Below, piece after piece: positions 1-8,797 of a DNA stretch of 32,000 nt. The first letter of the stretch is position 1. Each line of letters opens with the position of its first letter. Position numbers and translations under genes: made by a program. The stretch comes from Synechococcus sp. A15-28 (GTDB lineage Bacteria; Cyanobacteriota; Cyanobacteriia; PCC-6307; Cyanobiaceae), in the NCBI RefSeq assembly GCF_014280175.1, contig NZ_CP047931.1, positions 1,230,001 through 1,262,000 of the forward strand, written 5' to 3'. The notes beneath the pieces are model-generated. The model saw only the letters and a list, made by a program, of their open reading frames with translations, had not been told where the DNA came from and ran no database searches.

Positions 1-2
1 GC

Positions 3-782
3 ATGGAGCTTGCACGGCCGACCCTGGATGAAATCCTGGCAATGAGCTTTGACGAGCAGACCAAGGTGATGTGCGACCTGGCTGCCAAAATCAACAGCCC
101 TGTTTCTGTTCGATACGCCTACTGGTCAGTGAACGTGAAGCTCTGCTTCTGGTATGAGCTGGGAGAGTTCATGCGCCAGGGCAAGGTGGCACCCATTCCT
201 CAGGGCTACAGGTTGTCCGCCAACGCCAACTCCGTGCTGGAGGCCGTCAAGAAAGTGGAGCAAGGCCAACAGATCACTCTGTTGCGCAACTTCGTGGTCG
301 ATATGGGCTACGACCCCGATGTGGATGACAGCAAGGTGGTCTCCGAGCCGATCGTGGCACCGACACCGGTTGATCAGCGGGAAGACATTCTGATCCCCGG
401 CGTGCTGAATCAGACCATCCTTAGTTACATGCAGCTGCTTAATGCCAACGACTTTGATCAGCTGATCGATCTGTTTCTCAATGATGGTGCGCTGCAGCCC
501 CCCTTCCAACGTCCCATTGTTGGCCGCGAAGCCATCCTGAAATTCTTCAAGCGCGATTGTCAGAACCTGAAGCTGATGCCCCAGGGCGGTTACGGCGAGC
601 CAACGGAAGGTGGCTTCAACCAGATCAAGGTCACCGGCAAGGTGCAGACCCCTTGGTTCGGTCGGGACGTTGGCATGAACGTGGCCTGGCGTTTCCTGCT
701 GGATGAGAATGACAAGATCTATTTCGTAGCCATCGACTTACTGGCATCTCCAGCCGAGTTGCTCAAGCTGGGTGGCAAATGA
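3..782 (+). CDS. ocp: Orange carotenoid protein, 5' partial (N-terminus lies upstream of the window)
   Basis: MCDLAAKINSPVSVRYAYWSVNVKLCFWYELGEFMRQGKVAPIPQGYRLSANANSVL matches the OCP N-terminal domain; a C-terminal NTF2-like domain follows (LLNANDFDQLIDLFLNDGALQPPFQRPIVGREAI). The typical first ~60 residues are missing, so the start at 3 is internal. Confidence 0.96.
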   Translation: MELARPTLDEILAMSFDEQTKVMCDLAAKINSPVSVRYAYWSVNVKLCFWYELGEFMRQGKVAPIPQGYRLSANANSVLEAVKKVEQGQQITLLRNFVVDMGYDPDVDDSKVVSEPIVAPTPVDQREDILIPGVLNQTILSYMQLLNANDFDQLIDLFLNDGALQPPFQRPIVGREAILKFFKRDCQNLKLMPQGGYGEPTEGGFNQIKVTGKVQTPWFGRDVGMNVAWRFLLDENDKIYFVAIDLLASPAELLKLGGK

Positions 783-1503
783 GTTCAGCCCCCAGGCTCG
801 CAAAGGGTTGGTTCTGGCTGGTCTGATTGGATCAGCCTGGCTGCTCACCCTTGGCCTGGGCTTCAGCCTGCCGCTCCATCAGACCTCTTGGCTGCTGATT
901 GGCTGCTTGGTTCTGCTGAGGTCGTTTCTGCATACCGGGCTGTTCATCGTTGCCCACGACGCCATGCACGCCAGTCTCGTTCCGGATCATCCCGGTTTGA
1001 ACCGCTGGATCGGCAGGGTTTGTTTATTGATGTATGCGGGCTTGTCTTATAAGCGATGTTGCCGCAACCACAGGCGTCATCACCAGGCACCAGAAACGGT
1101 TGAGGATCCTGACTACCAACGGTGCACGAACAACAACATCCTGGATTGGTATGTTCACTTCATGAGCAACTATCTGGGCTGGCAACAACTTTTGAATTTA
1201 AGTTGTGTTTGGCTGGCGCTTACCTTCAGAGTATCTGATTACTCTGCGCAGTTCTTCCATCTGTTGTTGTTCAGTGTTCTGCCACTTATTGTCAGTTCTT
1301 GTCAATTGTTCCTGGTGGGAACCTGGTTACCCCATCGACGTGGAGCCACGACACGACCGGGCGTTACAACACGCAGCCTAAATTTACATCCAGCACTCTC
1401 TTTCGCAGCTTGTTACCACTTTGGCTATCATCGCGAGCATCACGAATCGCCTTCCACACCCTGGTTTCAGCTGCCAAAACTTCGAGAAGGATCATTGATT
1501 TGA
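772..1503 (+). CDS. crtW: Beta-carotene ketolase, CrtW family (GTG start overlapping the ocp stop)
   Basis: Fatty-acid-hydroxylase-like His boxes HDAMH, HRRHH, HREHH; FLVGTWLPHR...YHFGYHREHH typical of CrtW; adjacent to ocp and frp. Confidence 0.9.
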   Translation: MANEFSPQARKGLVLAGLIGSAWLLTLGLGFSLPLHQTSWLLIGCLVLLRSFLHTGLFIVAHDAMHASLVPDHPGLNRWIGRVCLLMYAGLSYKRCCRNHRRHHQAPETVEDPDYQRCTNNNILDWYVHFMSNYLGWQQLLNLSCVWLALTFRVSDYSAQFFHLLLFSVLPLIVSSCQLFLVGTWLPHRRGATTRPGVTTRSLNLHPALSFAACYHFGYHREHHESPSTPWFQLPKLREGSLI

Positions 1504-1548
1504 TTTTTTCCGATCAAGGCTGATTTCCTTAACACTACTTTTCCTTTC

Positions 1549-1869
1549 ATGTCGGCAACAGACTGGACATCCGAAGAACAGGCTGTTGCCCGCACTGCTT
1601 TCGAGCTCGGCAAACAGCGTTCCATCACTGCTTTGATTACAACTCTGCAGGAGCAGTCCAGAAAGCTTGATACTCCGGAATCGATCTGGAAGCTGCATGA
1701 CCACCTCAGCACTGAGCGCTATTTGTTTGAAGGACGCGCTGAGTTTGACAAAAGCAACGTGTTATTCGTGTTGGCCGACATGATTAAACAACGTCTGATC
1801 ACGATGGACGATCTGCAGGGATTGGATCAAACCAAAGTGAGCAAAGTGAAAGCAATGTCGATGTTCTAG
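1549..1869 (+). CDS. frp: Fluorescence recovery protein (FRP)
   Basis: WTSEEQAVARTAFELGKQRSITALI...PESIWKLHDHLSTERYLFEGRAEFDKSNVLFVLADMIKQRLI matches the FRP family; located next to ocp. Confidence 0.93.
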   Translation: MSATDWTSEEQAVARTAFELGKQRSITALITTLQEQSRKLDTPESIWKLHDHLSTERYLFEGRAEFDKSNVLFVLADMIKQRLITMDDLQGLDQTKVSKVKAMSMF

Positions 1870-1906
1870 ATGCACCCAAACGTGGTGTCAGAACCGCCGC
1901 GCGATT

Positions 1907-3112
1907 TCAACGCAGTGACCGGCCCTTCCAGGTCCATCCCTGCCCTGTGAGGGTGCGCCAGACGGAAACAGGCCCGATGGCACCGACGATCAATCCCCCA
2001 GCTCCCATCAACCACCAGTAATCGATGGGCAGCTGGAATTGCTGCCGCGTCCAGAGACGAAGAATGAGCTGCTGACCAACAGCCACCAGGGCGGCAGTCA
2101 AGAGCGCCAGCCAACACCCCTGCATCGGCGGAAGAGCCAGCAGCAACCCGATGGCAACGGGCAGCAGCAGCCAGGGGATGCTGAACATCACCACCACAAC
2201 GCCCGCCGCGGCAAGGGCCTTGACTGGATCGCGATCCAGCCCGAGACACCAGTTCTTCGTCCACCCCTCCCACAGCGCCGCCAGATCGGCATACATGCGC
2301 AGATCAACGGCGTCGAGCCCCAGCAGGTAACGCAAGCGATAGCCGCCCGCCTTGATCGTCCGCGCCAGGGCCAGGTCCTCCACCACCTCCGCCGCCAGGG
2401 CACGGTGGCCACCGATGCGCTGGTAGACACTGCGGCGGAAGAGCATGAACGGTCCCGCCGCGAAGGCGACGTCGGAGGCGGGATCATTGGCGGCCTCGAT
2501 CGGAAAACCCAGCCCCAGCAGGCTGGCCATGATCGGTTGCACCATCCATTCGGCCAGGCAACCGCAGGTGAGTCGCGGCGCCAGGCTCAACAGATCCGCC
2601 TGATCCGAGATCGCCTGGGCGAGGGCGCGCTGCAGGGCATCGGCCTGCAGCTGCACATCGGCATCGATGAACAGCACCCAGTCGCTGTGGACCTGCTCCA
2701 TCGCCCTGGTGCAGGCCCAGTTCTTGCCCACCCAGCGTTCCCCCGCCGGACGCGGTCCTGCTGACAGCAGGCTGAACCCTGCCGAGGTGTGGGGGAGATG
2801 GGCCGCACTGGCCGCCGCCAACTCCGCCGTGGCGTCGCTGGACTCGTCATCCACCACCAGCACCTGCCACCCTACACAGGGCGGCGTGGAGCTGAGAACG
2901 CTCTCCAGACAGAGGGCGATGTTCTCCGCTTCGTTGTAGGCCGGAATCACCACCGTGAGGGAGGTCTCGGGCAAGGGCTGCACCTGGGGAGGCTGCAGCT
3001 GCGGCGCCACGGAAAACACCCGCCAGAGGCCGAGCTGGAGGATCAGCAGGCCGATGCAGGAGGCCATCGCAGCGGCCAACAGCCCCAGTGCAACGATCAC
3101 CGGTGGATCCAA
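1907..3112 (-). CDS. Family 2 glycosyltransferase with C-terminal transmembrane segments
   Basis: SLTVVIPAYNEAENIALCLESVL, VLVVDDESSDAT, DWVLFIDADVQL; hydrophobic C-terminus. Confidence 0.9.
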   Translation of the reverse strand: MDPPVIVALGLLAAAMASCIGLLILQLGLWRVFSVAPQLQPPQVQPLPETSLTVVIPAYNEAENIALCLESVLSSTPPCVGWQVLVVDDESSDATAELAAASAAHLPHTSAGFSLLSAGPRPAGERWVGKNWACTRAMEQVHSDWVLFIDADVQLQADALQRALAQAISDQADLLSLAPRLTCGCLAEWMVQPIMASLLGLGFPIEAANDPASDVAFAAGPFMLFRRSVYQRIGGHRALAAEVVEDLALARTIKAGGYRLRYLLGLDAVDLRMYADLAALWEGWTKNWCLGLDRDPVKALAAAGVVVVMFSIPWLLLPVAIGLLLALPPMQGCWLALLTAALVAVGQQLILRLWTRQQFQLPIDYWWLMGAGGLIVGAIGPVSVWRTLTGQGWTWKGRSLR

Positions 3113-3549
3113 AGGCTGTCGGCAGGCACGCCATTTCCACCATCGGCGGCTGCAGCTCCAGAGGCAATGCGCCTTAACACCGATTGCCCGATGTGCTCCA
3201 CCGCACCAACAATGTGTTCATCGAGATCGGAGGAGCCCATGACGGCCGACACTCCACCTGAGCACAGCTGAGAAGCAGCCTGACTGACTCGGCCCCTGCT
3301 CCAACAGTTTCCACCCATGCGTAAGGCTCGTCCTTTGGCAGGCATTCCTTGAGCGCCACGTCAATCGACACTCCACTGCACCGCCTTTCAGGTGCCCAGG
3401 AGTCCCCAAGCCTTCACCCCTGGACCCCATGGCCCCAGGCGCCAACCAGCCAGACGCTTCGACCGGTTCTTTCAGTCCCTTTGCTTGAGGTTCCAACTCC
3501 CTGAAGCATCACTGATCAGGTCGATTGCTATGCATAAACGAGCGAGGTA

Positions 3550-3579
3550 GGCCGTCCTTCCCATCCGGGAGGGGCGGCC
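3550..3579. repeat. Strong inverted repeat (13-bp arms including 2 G-U pairs, 4-nt loop)
   Basis: GGCCGTCCTTCCC-ATCC-GGGAGGGGCGGCC read directly. Confidence 0.7.
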
Positions 3580-3798
3580 TTCCCCTTTGAATGGACTGCT
3601 GCAATTCAGCCGCGGAGCTGATGTTTACCCAACGCAATCTTTGATTTGCCGGATGTCACCTTTCCGCATATGTTATTTCTGTGAAGAGAAGCGCAGAAGG
3701 AAGATTTCCTAACGCGGTGCATCCTCTGGACTGTTTGATGGCACCCCTGATCCCTCCACGGCGTTGACTTCACGCAACCGTGATTCCGGAGCAAAGCG

Positions 3799-3963
3799 AT
3801 GACATCAACCCCAGTGATGACCACCCGTGATGGAGACACTGTGAGCATGTTCAAGGGAGTGGACGGTCCGCTTTTCCGCGCCTGCAACGGCAACCGCTGC
3901 GTGATCTGCCGCGACCTGGTGATCGCCCTCGAACATCTCAAGGTGTGGCGGCAGAAGCTCTGA
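3799..3963 (+). CDS. Small Cys-containing hypothetical protein (54 aa)
   Basis: MTSTPVMTTRDGDTVSMFKGVDGPLFRACNGNRCVICRDLVIALEHLKVWRQKL; clean ORF absent from the supplied track because of its length cutoff. Confidence 0.5.
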   Translation: MTSTPVMTTRDGDTVSMFKGVDGPLFRACNGNRCVICRDLVIALEHLKVWRQKL

Positions 3964-3987
3964 TCAACAGAGAACGAGGGCTGCGGT

Positions 3988-4224
3988 CTACCTCTGGCGT
4001 TTGAAGGTGTAGCAACCACCGTGGTAGCCGGTGAAGGGCTGGGCATAGGTGGTGAGTTCCCAGCCCTGCTCCCCCAGCTCGTTCATCAACCCCACCAGAG
4101 TCACATCACGCTGGGGGTGGCTGCGGGAAATGATCTGACGATCATCCAGCCACAACTCCTCGATCTCACCGGTCCACGATTTACCGCGGGGCACAAAGCG
4201 GAGCTGGGTGTATTCCCACTTCAT
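3988..4224 (-). CDS. DUF4177-like small protein
   Basis: MKWEYTQLRFVP...LMNELGEQGWELTTYAQP...CYTFKRQR has the 'WEY ... LN.lG..GWEL' pattern. Confidence 0.65.
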   Translation of the reverse strand: MKWEYTQLRFVPRGKSWTGEIEELWLDDRQIISRSHPQRDVTLVGLMNELGEQGWELTTYAQPFTGYHGGCYTFKRQR

Positions 4225-4248
4225 CGCAGACCGGGAAAGGGCAGTGGA

Positions 4249-4500
4249 TCAAAGCACGCCGAGGGGGCCCTTCTTCTTCTTGCAGTAACCAGCGCCGATG
4301 TTCATCCAACCGGCCTTGCAGGCCTGGCCGTTGGTGGGAGCCACCTCGTAATAGACCGGGGAGACGCAGGTGGTGCCGAAGGTATTGACGTAGCCGGCCG
4401 GGCACTGGTCATAACCAGGGGCCTTGGGGATCTCCTTCTGGGCCAGGGCAGCGGAGGGAGCCAGCACTAGGGGCAGCAGGGCGAGAAGAACGGAGCGCAT
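4249..4500 (-). CDS. Secreted hypothetical protein (83 aa; start trimmed to MRSVLLALL)
   Basis: Signal peptide MRSVLLALLPLVLAPSAALAQ; Cys-containing mature part. The longer track ORF extends upstream without support. Confidence 0.65.
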   Translation of the reverse strand: MRSVLLALLPLVLAPSAALAQKEIPKAPGYDQCPAGYVNTFGTTCVSPVYYEVAPTNGQACKAGWMNIGAGYCKKKKGPLGVL

Positions 4501-4619
4501 CAGTCGGAACACTGCAAAAGAACCCACAGTCTTTAGACCAATCGGTCGCCATCGACAGCTGTTCAGGCGACCTGTGTTCCAAGGATCCGACAGAGTGCCG
4601 ACACTGAACATTCACAACC

Positions 4620-4922
4620 ATGACCCCTCCCAGCCGCGATCAGGTGCTGGCGGCCTCCGCCGGCTGGGTGGCCGTGCTGCTCAACGTGGTGCCTGGCCTG
4701 GGGGCCGGCTACCTGTATCAGCGCCGCTGGCGGGCCTACTGGATCACCTCGGCGGTGGCCACCGCCTGGTTCGTGGCCGGTGCCGTGCTGGCCCAGGACG
4801 CCGATGCGGCCGCAGAAGCCCAGAACCAGCTGGTGGGGCTGATCGGCCTGCTGGTGCTGGCGGGGGTGACCGCCACCGAAGCCGGTCTCGAGCTCAAGCG
4901 GGTGCGGCAGACAAACGCCTGA
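4620..4922 (+). CDS. Small integral membrane protein, hypothetical
   Basis: Two or more hydrophobic segments: VAVLLNVVPGLGAGYLYQRRWRAYWITSAVATAWFVAGAVL, LVGLIGLLVLAGV. Confidence 0.7.
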   Translation: MTPPSRDQVLAASAGWVAVLLNVVPGLGAGYLYQRRWRAYWITSAVATAWFVAGAVLAQDADAAAEAQNQLVGLIGLLVLAGVTATEAGLELKRVRQTNA

Positions 4923-5378
4923 TCAGACCTTCAGAGCCACACTCTCGTGGCTCAACAGAGGGGCATGCAGCAGATCGAACACAGCATCGATCCGTTCCGC
5001 CTCCGGTTGTGCAATCGACAGCATCAGTGCGAGCACATCCAGGTGACGACGTTCCTCGGCTGAATAAGGGCCATCCGATCGCATCAACTCAGAGGCCATC
5101 GCATAGGCCGTCAACGCCTGGGCAGGGGTGAGGACTCCAGCCGCCTGAAGCATCAACGCCTTGTTGCCACGCTCCCGGCGCAACGCCAGCACAGCATCCA
5201 TGAGCAGCACCATGTCGTTGTCGCTCATCCGGCAATAGGGCTCTCGGTAATCCAGGGCATGGCGCAGGGATCGAGCCCCGGCCCGCGACAGGGTTCCATC
5301 CCAGGACACGGCCGTCAGACCGACGGCGGCAAACGCGGTGACAAGGTTCATGCCGGCCCCAAACAACTGACCGTTCAA
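4923..5378 (-). CDS. TerB-like helical hypothetical protein
   Basis: DMVLLMDAVLALRRERGNKALMLQAAG...SDGPYSAEERRHLDVLALMLSIA resembles TerB-like domains. Confidence 0.55.
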   Translation of the reverse strand: MNGQLFGAGMNLVTAFAAVGLTAVSWDGTLSRAGARSLRHALDYREPYCRMSDNDMVLLMDAVLALRRERGNKALMLQAAGVLTPAQALTAYAMASELMRSDGPYSAEERRHLDVLALMLSIAQPEAERIDAVFDLLHAPLLSHESVALKV

Positions 5379-5461
5379 CCTGCAAGATCAGGAGGGGGAC
5401 GTTTTGTCAAAACCACCACGGATTGGGACATCTGAGTGGATTCACTCAGAGCCCAGGGGGG

Positions 5462-5626
5462 TTACTCAGGCAGGCGTTCCACAGCAACGTGCATGAAGCG
5501 TTTGACCATGGCCATCGGCCAGCCCTCACGCTGCAGTTCCTCAGCGATCTGATTGATCTGATTGGCAATCTCCTCAGCCACCAGCTCCTCAAGCAAGTGG
5601 TTGGAGTGCTGGGTGGATGCAGTCAT
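5462..5626 (-). CDS. Small hypothetical protein (54 aa)
   Basis: MTASTQHSNHLLEELVAEEIANQINQIAEELQREGWPMAMVKRFMHVAVERLPE; amphipathic helical composition; below track cutoff. Confidence 0.55.
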   Translation of the reverse strand: MTASTQHSNHLLEELVAEEIANQINQIAEELQREGWPMAMVKRFMHVAVERLPE

Positions 5627-5740
5627 GGCATTGGTGATCCTCTACGGGCCTAACCCATCCAGGGCGACGGGCGCCACTGCAACATTCACGACCACCGCCG
5701 ACAGCGTCAAGGCGTACGGTCTCTGCACTCTGGAGACGCC

Positions 5741-6037
5741 ATGAAGAGGATGGTTTGGGGGATGATGCTGGTGCTTCTGCCGACAGCGGTGCTGGCGGAA
5801 TCCAGCTTCGAGTGGACGGAGACCACCAGCAAGGAGTGCAGGAGTTACTTCCAGCAGGCCTACATCGACCAGGCCCGGACGCTGCCGCCGAAAGGCATGG
5901 GACGGGAGTACTGCGGATGCGTGAGAGACGCCCTGATCACCAATCCAGCCGCCGCTGATGTTCCGCGGATGTGTTCACTGGCGGTGAATTCCAGATTTCA
6001 AACAGCATCACAACCGGTTAACACCCCAGATCTGTAA
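5741..6037 (+). CDS. Secreted hypothetical protein with Cys residues
   Basis: Signal peptide MKRMVWGMMLVLLPTAVLAES; mature part with ECRSYFQQAYIDQA...GREYCGCVRDAL. Confidence 0.65.
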   Translation: MKRMVWGMMLVLLPTAVLAESSFEWTETTSKECRSYFQQAYIDQARTLPPKGMGREYCGCVRDALITNPAAADVPRMCSLAVNSRFQTASQPVNTPDL

Positions 6038-6257
6038 CGGGCCATCCCCTGGAAAGATCGGGATAACTCAGGCAGCCACTTTGAAGCTGTGTCCGACAGC
6101 GTTCAACACCAGCCGATCCGTCTGCACAGCTCCATTCACGACGACCAACCGTGTGAATGTCTGAGCTGCCGCAATCTCAGGGCCGCAATCCAGAGCGCCA
6201 TGCCAAGGCACAGCCGATGCCGTTGCAGCGACGCTGAGCTGTTGGCAAGGTGAAGGG

Positions 6258-6410
6258 ATGAAACAAGCCTCCTTGCTGCAACGCCTCGGCACCTATCTGC
6301 TGGGCTTGGTGGATGAATACTGGGCCATGCGTCGGCCTTGGCAGTACGGCAACAAGCAGCCCCAATGTGGCCTGCAATGCGACGGCGGCCATTGCCAGCG
6401 CAGCGACTAG
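6258..6410 (+). CDS. Small hypothetical protein (50 aa)
   Basis: MKQASLLQRLGTYLLGLVDEYWAMRRPWQYGNKQPQCGLQCDGGHCQRSD; clean ORF with C-terminal Cys cluster; below track cutoff. Confidence 0.45.
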   Translation: MKQASLLQRLGTYLLGLVDEYWAMRRPWQYGNKQPQCGLQCDGGHCQRSD

Positions 6411-6564
6411 ACCGGCTCAATCCACAAGGAAGGGGTGGCGACCGCTGGGGTGAGAGGACGGTCGCCGGACAGAGCCAACTTCCCGATCAGCTCCACCCTT
6501 GTTTTAACCACGGCTTAAAAAAGCAACTGTTTGAATGGCTACAGAGTTGTTTTGAGCTCCCCCC

Positions 6565-6882
6565 ATGAATCGTTCGGCGCTGGTTCTTGTCTTGTTGGGT
6601 GCCCTGGTTCCTGGGGTAGCCCGGGCCAACACCACCACAAGGGAGCAGCAGTCGGTGATCGCACGCTGGACCGGCGAGAACATCTGCAAGATGGGCACTG
6701 AACGGTTCTATTCATTGCCGGAGGAGGACGTCCGCAGCATGTTTGAACGCCAGACATCCATGCGCTACAACGACATTCCGATCAACCCAAGTGAATCGGA
6801 ACGCAACCGAATCACAGCCCAACTCACCGGGTACATCACCGCCGTCTGCCCGGCGGAACTGGAGAACTACCGGAAGCGCTGA
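6565..6882 (+). CDS. Secreted hypothetical protein (105 aa)
   Basis: Signal peptide MNRSALVLVLLGALVPGVARA; single ORF. Confidence 0.65.
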   Translation: MNRSALVLVLLGALVPGVARANTTTREQQSVIARWTGENICKMGTERFYSLPEEDVRSMFERQTSMRYNDIPINPSESERNRITAQLTGYITAVCPAELENYRKR

Positions 6883-6887
6883 ACCGA

Positions 6888-7106
6888 TCAGGAACGATGA
6901 AGTTGCCGCAGCAATTTGGCGGCCAACCCTCTGGACAAGCGCCGATTCACCAGCAGATCGCAGATCCAATCAAACAGTGGTGGCGCATCCTCCAGCTGGG
7001 CCAACCGCTGCTCGAGCTCTTTCAGGTCCTGGACGTTCTGACAGCCCCGCAGTGCATCAATCAGCGTGTCCTCGGATGGCTTACCTGACAATTGGGTCAC
7101 AACCAT
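6888..7106 (-). CDS. Small hypothetical protein (72 aa)
   Basis: MVVTQLSGKPSEDTLIDALRGCQNVQDLKELEQRLAQLEDAPPLFDWICDLLVNRRLSRGLAAKLLRQLHRS; helical composition. Confidence 0.5.
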   Translation of the reverse strand: MVVTQLSGKPSEDTLIDALRGCQNVQDLKELEQRLAQLEDAPPLFDWICDLLVNRRLSRGLAAKLLRQLHRS

Positions 7107-7182
7107 CTCGCTTCTGTTGCACCTGTATGAGTGCTAAGTGATCCGGGCAGGGTTTGTCAGCAGGAGTTGAGGAGATCAGCGC

Positions 7183-7302
7183 TCAACGGCGGCGCTTGAT
7201 GATGGCCGGTTTCAAGGGGCAGGCCAGGGCGTGGAAGGGTTGATGCTTGCCTTCCAGGATCATCGTGCCGATGGGATAGGCGTGGGCGAGTTCGAGCTTC
7301 AT
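7183..7302 (-). CDS. Very small hypothetical ORF (39 aa)
   Basis: MKLELAHAYPIGTMILEGKHQPFHALACPLKPAIIKRRR; ORF only. Confidence 0.25.
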   Translation of the reverse strand: MKLELAHAYPIGTMILEGKHQPFHALACPLKPAIIKRRR

Positions 7303-7423
7303 GGGATTGGCATCTCGCAGGATCAACCACCTGCTACGGGTTCACGATGCCTCGCGCCGGACGGATCGACTACCCCAGCACCCCAAGATAAGAACATCAA
7401 CTCAGTGCCCTGCGGGGCTGAGA

Positions 7424-8134
7424 TCAGGAGTCCAGCGGATCAATCAATCCATAGAGCAACGCCGTCACCGCCATCTGGGTGCGGTCGCGGGCTCCGAGCT
7501 TGTCCATGGCATTGCCCACGTGGGTCTTCACCGTTTCAAGCGAAATGCCGAGCAGATCGGCGATGGAATTGTTCTTGAGGCCGCGGGACACCGCCGCCGC
7601 CACATCAAGCTCCCGCGGGGTGAGCTCCTCCACCAACGGCGGAAGATCGGGCTGTGGTGCAGACGCCGCCAGCCGGCGGATCTCCGCGGGGTAGTAGACA
7701 CCCCCTTCAGCGATGGTGCGCAGGGCACCGATCAGATCACCACGGCCGGTGCCCAGGCTTGATTTGAAGATCACACCATCGGCAAAGGCATCCAGCGCCT
7801 CCCGCACCAGGGCCTTGGTTTCCCGCTCCAGCACGATCAGCAGCTGGCAGGTGGGCAGCTCCGCCTTGACGCGTTTGAGCAACACCGGGCCGTAACCGGT
7901 TTCCAGGTCCGAACTGCAGATCAGCAGATCCGGCTGGGTGCGCTGCACCAGCTCAAGGCCTTCGTCTTCTGTGGTGGCCGCCCCCACCAGCGACGGCTGG
8001 ATCGGTTCAGCAATCGCCAGGGCGCTGAGGGTGAGCCGATCACCGAACACCAGCACAAGGCGCCGGTGTTCGAGCAGCTCGGCGGCCTGGGCGATCGCAT
8101 CCTGGGTGGTGCGGGAATCGAGCCGGAGTTCCAT
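7424..8134 (-). CDS. LuxR-family DNA-binding response regulator
   Basis: C-terminal LuxR HTH: LTPRELDVAAAVSRGLKNNSIADLLGISLETVKTHVGNAMDKLGARDRTQMAV; receiver-like N-terminus. Confidence 0.9.
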   Translation of the reverse strand: MELRLDSRTTQDAIAQAAELLEHRRLVLVFGDRLTLSALAIAEPIQPSLVGAATTEDEGLELVQRTQPDLLICSSDLETGYGPVLLKRVKAELPTCQLLIVLERETKALVREALDAFADGVIFKSSLGTGRGDLIGALRTIAEGGVYYPAEIRRLAASAPQPDLPPLVEELTPRELDVAAAVSRGLKNNSIADLLGISLETVKTHVGNAMDKLGARDRTQMAVTALLYGLIDPLDS

Positions 8135-8137
8135 GGC

Positions 8138-8641
8138 TCAGTAGCGCTCGAACACGGTTGTTGAACCGTCGTGGCCGATGGCCATCACCGCAAACGGATC
8201 CGCCGTCCTCCCCTTCACCTCCATGCCGGGGGAACCGATCGGCATTCCCGGCACGGCCAGGCCACGGATGTCGGGCCGTTCAGCCAGCAGGCGTTGGATC
8301 GATGATGCCGGCACATGGCCTTCGATCACATAGCCCTGAACGATGGCGGTGTGGCAGGAGGCCTGATCCGGCGCGATGCCATTGGCCTGCTTAACACGAT
8401 CCATGTCGTCGCTGACCTGATCGTTGATGCGAAATCCAGCAGCGGCGATGTGCTCGCCCCACTGGGTGCAACAGCCGCAACTGGCTGAGCGGTAGATCGT
8501 CATGGCGGGTCCGCTCGCCTCGGACGTGGTCGGCATCACAGAGGGGCCCTTGGCATCGCCGTGGGCCTGCACCGACACCGGCGCATAAAGCAGCAGGGCC
8601 GCCAACAGAGCGCCACAGGGAGCCAAGACCGTCCACGCCAT
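8138..8641 (-). CDS. DUF411 family putative metal-binding protein
   Basis: MTIYRSASCGCCTQWGEHIAAAGFRI...SCHTAIVQGYVIEGHVPASSIQRLLAERPDIRGLAVPGMPIGSPGME. Confidence 0.88.
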   Translation of the reverse strand: MAWTVLAPCGALLAALLLYAPVSVQAHGDAKGPSVMPTTSEASGPAMTIYRSASCGCCTQWGEHIAAAGFRINDQVSDDMDRVKQANGIAPDQASCHTAIVQGYVIEGHVPASSIQRLLAERPDIRGLAVPGMPIGSPGMEVKGRTADPFAVMAIGHDGSTTVFERY

Positions 8642-8797
8642 CCCTGATCAACCGCAGCAACAACACAAGTCTCGCGAACCCTGCACGGGCGACAACAGGG
8701 GATTGGCGGAAAGATCCCTCAACTGAGGGATGGATAGAGACTTCAAGCTCCCTCAATCGAGGGAGCGAAAGCTCACGGCAGCCTGCAGATTGCTCTC

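Noticed and set aside
126-509. Antisense ORF within ocp (127 aa)
   Set aside because: Fully overlaps a strongly supported OCP coding region on the other strand; GC-rich DNA produces long antisense ORFs.
2039-3271. Overlapping + strand ORFs 2039..2764 and 2789..3271
   Set aside because: Shadow ORFs antisense to the glycosyltransferase; composition rich in R/Q/H/P with no family resemblance.
3097-3496. Minus-strand ORFs 3097..3345, 3174..3371 and 3218..3496
   Set aside because: Mutually overlapping in different frames with no recognisable domain; I could not choose one with confidence. A decayed gene here remains possible.
3606-4046. 146-aa minus-strand ORF
   Set aside because: Low-complexity, basic/Ser-rich translation, antisense to the more plausible 3799-3963 small ORF.
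4424-5131. 235-aa + strand ORF
   Set aside because: Arg/Gly/Ala-rich out-of-frame shadow overlapping two better ORFs (4620..4922 and 4923..5378).
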